From NCBI RefSeq assembly GCF_052425735.1, contig NC_135770.1:1054001-1118000 (forward strand): a DNA stretch of 64,000 nt, written 5' to 3'. The translations under genes were made by a program, and so were the position numbers. Below, piece by piece: positions 25,963 through 36,026 of the stretch; position 1 is the first letter of the stretch; each line of letters begins with the position of its first letter. The notes below the pieces were generated by a model, which worked only from the letters and a program-made list of their open reading frames with translations, did not search any database and was not told the DNA's origin. Source of the DNA: Oculina patagonica (taxonomy: Eukaryota).

Positions 25963-28900
25963 ATGGCGTCTGGAAGTGGTATTATCAAAGGAGTTAAAGG
26001 TATTCTCCAAAAACCAGCCGTCAAAACGGTCGTCAAAACACTGTTTCCGGATCCTATGGCAAAATTCAAGTATTCAGAAGTGTTGTGGGACTTTAGGAAT
26101 AAGGAAAACCTTGAGCAATGGACGCTTATAACAGATGAGCAGTTTGGTGGTAAATCTACAGCTGAGTTTGTTCAAAGTCCAGGCGGTAAAGCTGTGTTTA
26201 GAGGGAATGTTTCCACTGATTTACCACCAGCTACGAATGTTAAATACAGTGGTATGTGCTCGATCAGATCACAGCCACAAAGGGTGAGTTCTGTAGTTGT
26301 TTATAGCCAACTAAGTTTGGGGACCAACGGACCAGGTATTTATAAAGGTACAATGTACCTAGGGCGGGGGGGGGGGGGGGGGACTCTGCTCCTCCTTTAT
26401 ATCCACCCCCTGGCTGGCAGAGGTGCCAACATAAAAAAATAGAAATCCAAGAGATTTCCAATTTTACATAAGGTAATCCTCTTCTCAACACCAAAAGCAG
26501 AGTAAAAATCAGAGCTCAATCTATTCAACCACAAAAACATGTCACATATCCAATAAGTTTAGGGCTTATTATCAGAATTCTAATTTATGGTAAATGATTT
26601 TATCGAGCACATTTGAGACCGAAATAAACTTCAATGTACCTGTCAGGTCTCTTTTGTTACAAGGGCGAATAAGTGAGCATCTGAGATTTGACCCAAACAA
26701 TTTCACACAGATAACGTAGCCCCACAAATAGACCCATATAGTAAAACGTAGATTGGCAAGGGTCTATAATACTCTGGTGGTCTGGTGGATTAAGCCAATT
26801 TTGAGTGGTGGTCTGCAGGCACACTCTTTAATATCTGGCAGTTTTGGTCTTCAGGGCAGTCTGCAGATTGTACAAACCCTATAATAGACCCTTATTGGTT
26901 GCTGGGCAGGCATAATAACTGAATTTTCTAACTGAGAGACAAACAATCTGCAACACAATAGACAAAGATCTCTTTCAAGCTGCATCGTCAATGTGGAATT
27001 GTTTGGAGCTAATCTCACATATATTTGGGAAGGGAAAGAATTCAAGTGCACAAAGAAAGACACTTGCTACTCAGGCTAATCCCATTTAGTGCTCTCACTC
27101 CTTGTGAAATGAAACTGTCGAGAAATATTTTTATTAAGTAAAATGTTTTAGAAACGTTCTCTGGTTAAAAATTTAAAAATATAAGCTTTCGGCTGCCAAA
27201 CTGCAGCCTTTAACGAATGATAAAAATGGCGCGAATGAATAAATATATAGGGTAAAAATGTGTGAAAAAATTACAGAATAAAAATGCGTAAAAAGGTGAC
27301 AAGAAAAATAGTGAGAATATGATAATAAAAGAGTACTATTTTAAAAGAATAGAATATTGTGGAGGTAATGACCTAGCATTGTTGTCCGCTTCAGTTGTCA
27401 TGGCAGTGTGCCATGACTCAAGAGTTTTTCGCACGCGATAGTCTCCTTTGTCAATGACTCTTGCATTTTTGAAATCAATTTGATGGTCATTCATCCATGC
27501 ATGGTTTGCAATGTTCGATCCTTTGTTACAATGTTTGACGTTTCTGATGTGTTCTTTTCTTCGCGTCTGTAGACATCTGCCGGTTTCTCCAATGTAACTC
27601 CAATTACAGTCATTACAAGGAATCTTGTAGACCACATTTGTTTGAAGGTGGCTGGGAGGTCTGAATTTTGGTGAAGGAAACTCTTGGTGAAGGGTTCTGT
27701 GGGGTCTGGTGACGACACGAATTCCATTGTTTTGAAGCAATCTTTTAAGCGGTTCGGTGAGGCCATTGATATAGGGCAGACAAGCCAAGTTAAATGATTC
27801 TGATGGCTCGACCCACTTAAAAAACAAACCAACAAGTTCCTCCGGAGAGGGAATTGTTTCTGTAGTGCGTTTTTTCTTTAAGATGTTAGAGATAATTGAT
27901 TGGGGGTAGCCATTCGCTTTTAAGGCATCAGAGATATGTTTGACTTCACTCGATTTTGCGTCTGCGGTGCTTGGGAGGTTACACGCGCGGTTCAGAAGAG
28001 TGGAAGCTGTGCTGATTTTGTGTTTCTTCTCATGATGCGAGTTAAAGTCTAAATACCTGTCTGTGTGTGTAGGTTTTCTGTATACTTCGATGGTAATTTT
28101 GCCATTTTTTCTGTTGACGAGGGTGTCCAGGAAGGCGATTTGGCCATTGCTTTCAGTTTCGATGGTAAAGGAGATCTTGGGGTCGATGGAATTCAAAGTG
28201 TCGTGGAAGGCTGAAATGGCGTCTCTCTTGATGATGACAAAGCTGTCGTCCACATATCTTTTCCAAATTTTGGGTGGTACCGTGGAATTAATCAGAGCTG
28301 AATCTTCAATTACCTCCATGCAGAGGTTAGCTACAACAGGGCTAACCGGGCTACCCATTGCACAGCCGTGGATCTGTTTGTAGGTACAGTCGTTGTAGAC
28401 GAAGTAGTTGTTTGAAAGAACAAATTCCAAGAGGGAGATGATGTCATCAGTAGTGAGATTTGTTCTGGAGGTTAATGTAGTGTCATTATTGAGTTTATCG
28501 CGAATGTAGGTGCAAGCTTTCTGGACAGGGATTGCTGTAAAAAGGGAAACAACATCAAACGAGAGCATTACTTCATCATCAGAAATTTCCATATGAGCTA
28601 CTTCATTAGCAAAGTCCGAAGAGTTGAGGACGGAATGGCCATTACTATTCTGGATGGGCGACAGAATATCTGTGAGGAATTTAGAAGTGTTGTAGAGGGC
28701 AGAGCCAATGCAAGAAACGATTGGACGAAGAGGGTAGCCAGTTTTATGATGTTTAATTGAGCCACGGATTGCAGGAGGAGCTGCATCGGTTGAGCGCAGT
28801 TTGCGGTAGGTTGAATCATTGATCTTGTTCTGTTTCTTCAGGTTAAGAAGCCTGTTGTTTAGTTCCCTTTCAACCTTTAAGAACGGGGATTTTTGGACAA

Positions 28901-31699
28901 GTTGATAGGTGGAGCGATCGCTTAGTAGAGACTCCATTTTGTCATCGTAGTCTGTTCTGTCTAAGACAACAAAACAATTCCCTTTGTCAGCTTTCATTAT
29001 GACCCTTGAGGAATCTTCTTTCAGCTTTTTGAGTGCTTTCTTTTCATCTTTGGTGGTGTTACTATGAGATGGTAAACTAGCTCTGTGAAGAATTGAAGCA
29101 GTAGTGGTTCGTATGTTGTCTTTGGTGTCTTCTGGTAGACGGACGATGGCAGCCTCAATCTCACAGACGATATCTTTGGTTGGGATCTTTGATGGAGTCG
29201 GAGCAAATTTCGGTCCTTTCTCGAGAATGGAGCGTTCAGCCGAAGTAAGCGGTTTGTTAGACAGGTTGACAACCCAGTTTTGACAACCCAGTTTTCCTTG
29301 GCTTGTCTGCCCTATATCAATGGCCTCACCGAACCGCTTAAAAGATTGCTTCAAAACAATGGAATTCGTGTCGTCACCAGACCCCACAGAACCCTTCACC
29401 AAGAGTTTCCTTCACCAAAATTCAGACCTCCCAGCCACCTTCAAACAAATGTGGTCTACAAGATTCCTTGTAATGACTGTAATTGGAGTTACATTGGAGA
29501 AACCGGCAGATGTCTACAGACGCGAAGAAAAGAACACATCAGAAACGTCAAACATTGTAACAAAGGATCGAACATTGCAAACCATGCATGGATGAATGAC
29601 CATCAAATTGATTTCAAAAATGCAAGAGTCATTGACAAAGGAGACTATCGCGTGCGAAAAACTCTTGAGTCATGGCACACTGCCATGACAACTGAAGCGG
29701 ACAACAATGCTAGGTCATTACCTCCACAATATTCTATTCTTTTAAAATAGTACTCTTTTATTATCATATTCTCACTATTTTTCTTGTCACCTTTTTACGC
29801 ATTTTTATTCTGTAATTTTTTCACACATTTTTACCCTATATATTTATTCATTCGCGCCATTTTTATCATTCGTTAAAGGCTGCAGTTTGGCAGCCGAAAG
29901 CTTATATTTTTAAATTTTTAACCAGAGAACGTTTCTAAAACATTTTACTTAAATATTTTTATGTTCATTTTTGCATGCAATTATTGTCTCAGCTTCCTCT
30001 AGGGACTTCTACATCACACTATGGTTTTTAACTCTTGTCGCCTTTCATGCTAGACACTCAATACAACCAATATTTCACGCTCATATTGCCAAGTTTAATT
30101 TTTCTAGCATTTTGTTTGCAAAATAGCCTATTTGCTTCGGTGTTGATGTAATTTTTCTCTTGTTATTGCTTGTATGTACGGTAAGTTTTTCATTACTCGT
30201 CTCCAATAAACAACTGGTCATGTCCTTACTTCATCACTCTGACTGTGTCTGTTGTTTTTGGACTGCTTATTAGAACATAAACGTTTTCTCTGCTTCAGAA
30301 TGCAGTGACGTAGCAGAGAAAAGTGTTATTCAGTCATCCAAGACAAGTAGATTTTCCTGCTGGAACTAAGTAACTTTTCATTCTCACTTGCACAATTCAG
30401 TATGTATCATCTAAAAATCGTTCGTTTCTCTCTCTCTTTTTTCATCCAGGATTGGAGTGGGGATGTGATTACACATGATATAGCAGATTATGATGGTATT
30501 GTTATAAGATTACGAGGAGACGGTAGAACCTATACATTTAATGTTCAAACAAAGAGCATCAGGGACGATGATGTACACCAGTCCTTTTTTCACACAAGAG
30601 GAGGACCATTCTGGGAGATAGTCAAGGTAAGGAAGAGTACATGACTGTGTATAGCCTGGGCCAAATGAGGATGAGAGTTGATGAGAGCGCAAACTCTCAC
30701 TTTCGTTTGGTATGGAACTCTCATGCACTCTCATCGACTCTCATGCGCTCTCATCCACTTTGAACGTGCTCAAATTTTTCGTGAGAGTCAATGAGAGTTT
30801 GACAGACTTTTGTTCTCATTTGGTCGAGTTGATGATAGTCGATGAGAGTTGACGAAAAACGCTCATGAGAGTCAACTCTCATCAACTCTCATCCTCCTTT
30901 GGCCTGGGCTTATGAGGCAAAGAAAGTTGTCTAGAGCAGGTGGCTAATCAGGCTGGGCACAGTAGATGGTTTTTGTCATTAGTTTTATTAAATTTCTGTT
31001 GCTTTTTTAAACTAGTTCACTTTTACAAATGTGAATCTCGTTTGCAACAAAATTTATGTAGTGTGCAGCAGGCTTTAGCTTTTAGTTCTACAGCATGAGG
31101 TTTCTAGGAATATTGCTATTCCCTTCCCTCAGGTGGGTTGCAACTCCCTTTTCACTGCTGGTTCTGACTGCAGGGTCATAATGACATACATGCACAAATT
31201 GAACAGTCAAGAGATGAACACAACTCAATGACCGTGGCAACGGCTCAAACCTGTAACCTATGATCCATTGTCACTTTAACACCAGCATCATGCCCCACCC
31301 CCCCTGCTCCCCACTCTACCTACTTTCTTCCAGAGGAGGAAAGGCATTTTTATTTCCCCTTTCCCCTTCGAAAACGAAACAAAAACGCCCGATCACAGCT
31401 TAAAGTAACCAACACTAACCATTAGTTGACCAATGCCTCCTATGAATCATAGTTATATCCTAGTTTCTAATCCCATGAATCTACACATCTCTTTACAGGT
31501 GCCATTCACCAAGTTTGTTCTAACCAATGCAGGATACTTACAAGATCAGCAGATGCATTTTCCGAGAATACGCACTGTAGGCTTCACACTAGCAGACCAT
31601 AACAAAGGCCCATTTCACCTGGAAATTGACTACATTAAACTGGTCATGTTTATGTACCAGCCTAAACATTTCAAATACCACTATGAGAGCAAGGTCTGA
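25963..31699 (+). CDS. NDUFAF1: Complex I assembly factor CIA30/NDUFAF1, 3 exons
   Basis: Exons 25963-26283, 30450-30626 and 31499-31699, all phase 0. They give LWDF..W..ITDEQFGGKS, FRGNVST, SGMCSIRS, IRLRGDGRTYTFNV, TRGGPFWEIVKVPFTKF and GFTLAD..GPFHLEIDYI, which form the CIA30 domain. Confidence 0.93.
27336..29282 (-). CDS. Penelope-type reverse transcriptase + GIY-YIG endonuclease ORF (uninterrupted, lacks native start)
   Basis: KADKGN, PLRPIVS, SFDVVSLFT, GCAMGSPVSP, RYVDDSF, FLDTLV, VYRKPTHTDRYL, and VVYKIPC..C..SYIGETGR. The first ~40 aa of the listed 688-aa ORF come from the inverted arm. Confidence 0.92.
   Translation of the reverse strand, partial: QNWVVNLSNKPLTSAERSILEKGPKFAPTPSKIPTKDIVCEIEAAIVRLPEDTKDNIRTTTASILHRASLPSHSNTTKDEKKALKKLKEDSSRVIMKADKGNCFVVLDRTDYDDKMESLLSDRSTYQLVQKSPFLKVERELNNRLLNLKKQNKINDSTYRKLRSTDAAPPAIRGSIKHHKTGYPLRPIVSCIGSALYNTSKFLTDILSPIQNSNGHSVLNSSDFANEVAHMEISDDEVMLSFDVVSLFTAIPVQKACTYIRDKLNNDTTLTSRTNLTTDDIISLLEFVLSNNYFVYNDCTYKQIHGCAMGSPVSPVVANLCMEVIEDSALINSTVPPKIWKRYVDDSFVIIKRDAISAFHDTLNSIDPKISFTIETESNGQIAFLDTLVNRKNGKITIEVYRKPTHTDRYLDFNSHHEKKHKISTASTLLNRACNLPSTADAKSSEVKHISDALKANGYPQSIISNILKKKRTTETIPSPEELVGLFFKWVEPSESFNLACLPYINGLTEPLKRLLQNNGIRVVTRPHRTLHQEFPSPKFRPPSHLQTNVVYKIPCNDCNWSYIGETGRCLQTRRKEHIRNVKHCNKGSNIANHAWMNDHQIDFKNARVIDKGDYRVRKTLESWHTAMTTEADNNARSLPPQYSILLK
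29870..29904 (+). ncRNA. Degenerate hammerhead-like motif in Penelope 3' repeat (mirror copy ~27182-27216, minus)
   Basis: TCGTTAA-A-GGCTGC-agtttg-GCAGCC-GAAA-GCTTA. Stem II, GAAA and a palindromic stem III are present. The core is altered and stem I is not evident. Confidence 0.4.
30654..30910. mobile_element. MITE with GATGAGAGTT internal repeats
   Basis: GCCTGGGCCAAATGAGGATGAGAGTTGATGAGAG ... CTCTCATCAACTCTCATCCTCCTTTGGCCTGGGC. Confidence 0.8.
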
Positions 31700-31786
31700 G
31701 TTTTTACACAAACGACTTAGTGCCAGTTAATTTTTTGGGGTTAAGCTTCTGTCTCTGGGCCCAAGGATGTTGTTACAGGAATGGAA

Positions 31787-32136
31787 ATAGACCGTTCAAC
31801 ACTCTTTTCCCACCTTTTTGGTATTGACCATTACAGGGTAAATCTGTCAGTAGTGTCGCAAAGAGCACATCAAACTTATTAAAATAGCCGTGTTTTTAGT
31901 AGTTTTTTGAAAATTTGCAAAATTATAGCTTTGCAAAGACGAGAAATTTTATAGACGCGTGTATGGTATACTAGGGAACTTTGTGCCACCAGCGTACAAA
32001 CGTCTGTAAAATATTTCCCGACTCATAAAATCATATTTTTGCTATTGTGCAAGATGCAACTCTCAAACTTGGCCATTTTTACAGGGTCTATAAGTTTTCG
32101 CTACTTAAAGGGGGAGAAAAAACGTGAAGGGTCTAT
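31787..32136. mobile_element. MITE-like element downstream of NDUFAF1
   Basis: ATAGACCGTTCA..TTTTCCCACC / GGGGGAGAAAAAACGTGAAGGGTCTAT imperfect TIRs. Confidence 0.5.
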
Positions 32137-32238
32137 TAGCACTTAGCACCCACCCAGGCGAATCTCAATCTTTCTGTGCGTGTGCAAAACGTTCAATTTT
32201 TTGCCTAGGTTCACCAGGCCCTTTTATGCAAGACCTCT

Positions 32239-33059
32239 TTAAGGACGGTGCCTCCTATTGCTACTGCGCACTTGTTCTGCGCATCACGCAATGCATCAAT
32301 CACACTGGGCGCGCGCGCTTTTAATTAATTTGCTCGCTCAAAATGACGAATTCAACTACGCGACCAAGCGCGCGACTAAAAATCAAGAAAGTTTTCTCTG
32401 CGACGAAATCCAGTTTATGGACATATCCTAAGCCAGGAACTGCGGAAAAGCAACATATCAGTAACCATTGACCGCTAACCACTGAATATGGCTCACATTA
32501 ACAGTTAAAAACAAATCGCTAAGCGCTAAAACGTTACCCGCAAACTGCAAACCGTGACAAATGGCGTAGTGCACGCGCGAGATGCAAATATTCAACTCAC
32601 TAGGGAGGGGATAGGAAAAACGTAACAGACCCCAAAAGCGATTTCATAGACCCTGAAAACAACTGGTATAACTTTTGAAAACGCGTGGTGACCCCTAGTT
32701 TTTATTTTAATAAATGTAAGTGGTAAGTCTATAGAGCACCTGTTTATTTTTCTTAAGTGAAAAAAAATTTAGGCCGATTTTCTGGCCGTGAAGGAGAGTG
32801 CAGAGTCAAAAATAGCTCAAACGTTATTTGTTACGTGGATCCGGGTTTGTGTATTGTAATTTGTATTTAATGTTGATTTGTTCTGAAAGCCAATTAAATG
32901 GAGCAGGATTTAGCTTACTTTATTTAAAATGCCACGTCAGCACTTTTTTCCAGATTCAAACCTAATTATCCGAATTGCGTGGCTACCCCTTTGTTTGTAG
33001 CCCTGGTAACATCACTTTCTGAAGTCATCGGCGGAAAATTTGTTGTAGGCACCGTCCAA
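32239..33059. mobile_element. Non-autonomous DNA transposon
   Basis: TTAAGGACGGTGCCT ... AGGCACCGTCC terminal inverted repeats. Confidence 0.6.
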
Positions 33060-33597
33060 TATTTTAATCCATAGTTCAAGTTCTAGTGATCAAGCAAGAA
33101 TGCAATCCTCACAAGGGAAAACGATTGAATGTACGAGTAACCTTTAATCGATCCTGAAAACCTTGAGCCGCGAGCAGGCTCTTTATTCAGAGGCCACGTA
33201 AGCGGTTCGGGACAGGAAGCGAGCGCCGAAGGCGCGAGTTCTCGCAGGCTAGAAAACCTTGGAAAAAAATATGTTCTTAAGAATAGACTGATTATCAATG
33301 GTAACTCAAGACAAACGTGTCTCTAAGGATATTCCTTAATTGTTAACTCTTGTCACTTGTCCGCTTTGTATCTTCACGCGAATATGTATGTGGCCCCCGA
33401 TATTTTTTCCTGGCCTTATGAATGATTACTTTGAAGGAGCCGCGCCTGAGTTTTTTCGCGATTAGCACGTGCATTCCACCGCTTTGGATTCTTATTGTCT
33501 CTCAATGCGCCTATAAGAAGCGTGCGCAGCGGTCACCAAGACGCTTTCACGGTAACTGCCTAAACCGTTAGAAGCAGGTTTTGGAGATAACGCTGTG

Positions 33598-34719
33598 ATG
33601 GAGGATATAAAACCAAAGGAAGACGTTCCCAGTGCCAAGCTTGTGTGTGAAATGAAAGATGTACTAAACAATTTGATGTCCCAGCTTTCTGGTTTTGGAC
33701 TTACAGTCCACGTGCTTCAAAACCGCGCAGTTGTCACGGAGCGAAATGAACTCGGAACGTTTAACGTCGTGGACGGAGAAGCTGCCTTGCAGTTTGTGAA
33801 TCAACCTGAACACGCTGACAAAATTATTTGCTTCAACTCTGAGCGGTTCTACTGTCATACCGAGTACCTCGTTCTCAGAAGTCAGTATTTTCGAGCTTTG
33901 CTGTGCGGTGTTTACCGCGAAACAAGCATGGACTTGATTTCTATTCACCTCCCCGCGCCTGGAAATGTTCAGCCCATTTTGCACTTTATGTATTCGGGTA
34001 TTGCCGATGGCGCGCTGTTTGAACCCAATGAAATCTTCAACACGATACAAAATGCAAATTTTTTGGGCGTGGATGAATTGCTGAACAAAGCTGCCGAGCA
34101 TTTTGCTACAAAGTGGAAAGTCTTCGCTGTTTCTCCACTGTTTAGACGAAGTATCGTTGATTCGGAATTTGTATCCTCCATTCTAGAACTTGGAACAAAA
34201 AACAATGTTTTCAACGAAGGAGACAAGCTGAGAATTGTCGTTTTGTGGAACGAAGAAGAAGGTACTGAGCGAAGTTTTCCTGAGTCGACTCGTCTTTTAA
34301 TGGAGCACAAATGCTTAGAGAAAACTGGCATCGCGGATTTAGAATGGGCGCTGGACAAGAAACCTGGCCTGTTCAACTCTTTGGATCAATCCACGTTTCG
34401 CGTCGTTTACCAACGCGCGATACAAGATTCCACGCGCGCTCGCGAGAACACGCGCGTCCACGAGGAGAAGATCAAAAATCTTTCTCAGTGCGTGCGCACG
34501 CTGACAAGACAGCTCGAGGAGGTCCGCTGCACCAGGTGCCAGCTGTTTCTTCCACGAGCAGCCATGAAAACGAGAACTTGCATTGTGACGCGCCATATTG
34601 GAGAGTACGTGGTAAACAAGGGATGGAGTTGCTGCAGACAGCTTATCAAACGAAGCAAGGGTTGTAAACCAGTGAGTCTTTCCAGGCACTGCATGTCTTT
34701 GAATACAAGATCAAGATGA
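33598..34719 (+). CDS. BTB/POZ-domain protein with coiled coil and C-terminal Cys/His zinc-binding motif, single exon
   Basis: ADKIICFNSERFYCHTEYLVLRSQYFRALL...ILHFMYSG...ANFLGVDELL is a BTB domain. The C-terminus reads CTRC..C..H.G..WSCC..GC..H. First ATG at 33598. Confidence 0.88.
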   Translation: MEDIKPKEDVPSAKLVCEMKDVLNNLMSQLSGFGLTVHVLQNRAVVTERNELGTFNVVDGEAALQFVNQPEHADKIICFNSERFYCHTEYLVLRSQYFRALLCGVYRETSMDLISIHLPAPGNVQPILHFMYSGIADGALFEPNEIFNTIQNANFLGVDELLNKAAEHFATKWKVFAVSPLFRRSIVDSEFVSSILELGTKNNVFNEGDKLRIVVLWNEEEGTERSFPESTRLLMEHKCLEKTGIADLEWALDKKPGLFNSLDQSTFRVVYQRAIQDSTRARENTRVHEEKIKNLSQCVRTLTRQLEEVRCTRCQLFLPRAAMKTRTCIVTRHIGEYVVNKGWSCCRQLIKRSKGCKPVSLSRHCMSLNTRSR

Positions 34720-36026
34720 ATGACGTCATCGTGATCACCACGCCAATGATGAATTACGTCATTATGGTCTCCATGACAATAATAAATGACATCTCCATTA
34801 ATAAAGCGTTCTTCGATATTCAGTCATTTTCGCAATTGTGTATATAGTCAAATCGTATAACAATTGACATTTTTATTTTTATTTTTTATTTGCATCATTG
34901 TTTGAAAGACATTTTGTTGTTTCTCTTTTTAGGCATAGGTGCGTGGTAATATTATTGCCGAAAACAAATAATTTTTTTTATTACATATTGAAAGTGCCAA
35001 TAGATTGCCGGATTTTATTTTCGTTTTTAGGGTATTCAAAATTAATCAACCAAAAACAAGTATAGGAGCAATCCATCGCAAGAGAGACTATGTAACGTTT
35101 ATTTTGCATTTCAAGAATTGTACATAGTAGACGTATAGAGAATAGCTTTTATTTTATGTAATTTTTACAGATATTTTTAAGTTTGATTAATTTTCAATTT
35201 ACAAAAACCAGCACAGAGTTCCAGTTTTGTTTGCTTGGATAATAGCTGAGAAGGGATAGAAATTTGTGTGAAGGGGAGAATCCTGAATCGGAAAATCTGC
35301 CGAAATAAATCATACCATCCCCCCTACTCCCTTTACCGTCCATTTTCAGGGGCCAATGTTTCACTGACTTGAAATTTCTGCAAAAGGAATGATGTTTTGA
35401 CAGCTGCTGTCAGAATCGATAAGTCATGAACGCATCGGCTGAATCGAAGGAATTTTTTTGGGTTCGAAATTTTTGATTTCGGGATTATTTTGGGGGTAGG
35501 AAAATTTGGTAAGTATTTTTTTTTTAAAAAATGGTCTGAAGATTCGTGGTTGGTGCGTTGATGTGGGAATTTTTTTTTTGGGGGGGGGGGATTTTGTTGG
35601 AAACCCTAGGGATTTTTTTGGGTCTTGATTTTTTCCCCCATTCGATCATCCCCGTCTCTTGAAATCCCGAGTAACCGCTCCACCTTCCCCGGGTCATTTC
35701 AGTTTGTATTCCACTTCCACAAAATTATTTTATCGTCTGACAGGTATGGTGTAAATTCTATAACAAAGGCAAAAACAATCACCAATACAGCGAGACGATT
35801 TTCAATTGATATATATACCATCTGAAACAAATCCATTGAGTTCAGTCCGGGAGTTCAGTTCTCGTTCACTGAGCGTATGGGTTTAAACCGGGAGGGCTGG
35901 TGTCGAGAGTCTACACTTCCGGCTTGGCAACCGAGCCTTACTTTTGTTTGGAGAATCGATTCTCGTCACAGATTACTCCCGCCAGAGGAAAAATTATTTT
36001 CATTCACAACTTTATCCGTTGTCAAA

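Larger units (their letters stand above)
27135..29950 (-). mobile_element. Penelope-like retroelement: 5'-truncated RT + GIY-YIG body with 655-bp inverted 3' repeat, in NDUFAF1 intron 1
   Basis: Arms 27135-27789 and 29297-29951 are reverse complements. 12-bp TSD AAATATTTTTAT at 27123-27134 and 29951-29962. Confidence 0.95.

Noticed and set aside
25750-26069. True overlapping protein-coding extensions of CRLS1 and NDUFAF1
   Set aside because: The upstream extensions show no recognisable features; the internal ATGGCG starts are more plausible.
29283-29402. N-terminus of the 688-aa RT ORF
   Set aside because: Antisense read-through of the inverted arm starting at TTG; not the native N-terminus.
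29280-29750. Stand-alone GIY-YIG nuclease gene on the plus strand
   Set aside because: It is the inverted copy of the Penelope 3' end and lacks an ATG start.
33664-34694. Several antisense and alternate-frame ORFs over the BTB gene
   Set aside because: Shadow ORFs of a GC-richer coding exon, with no motifs.
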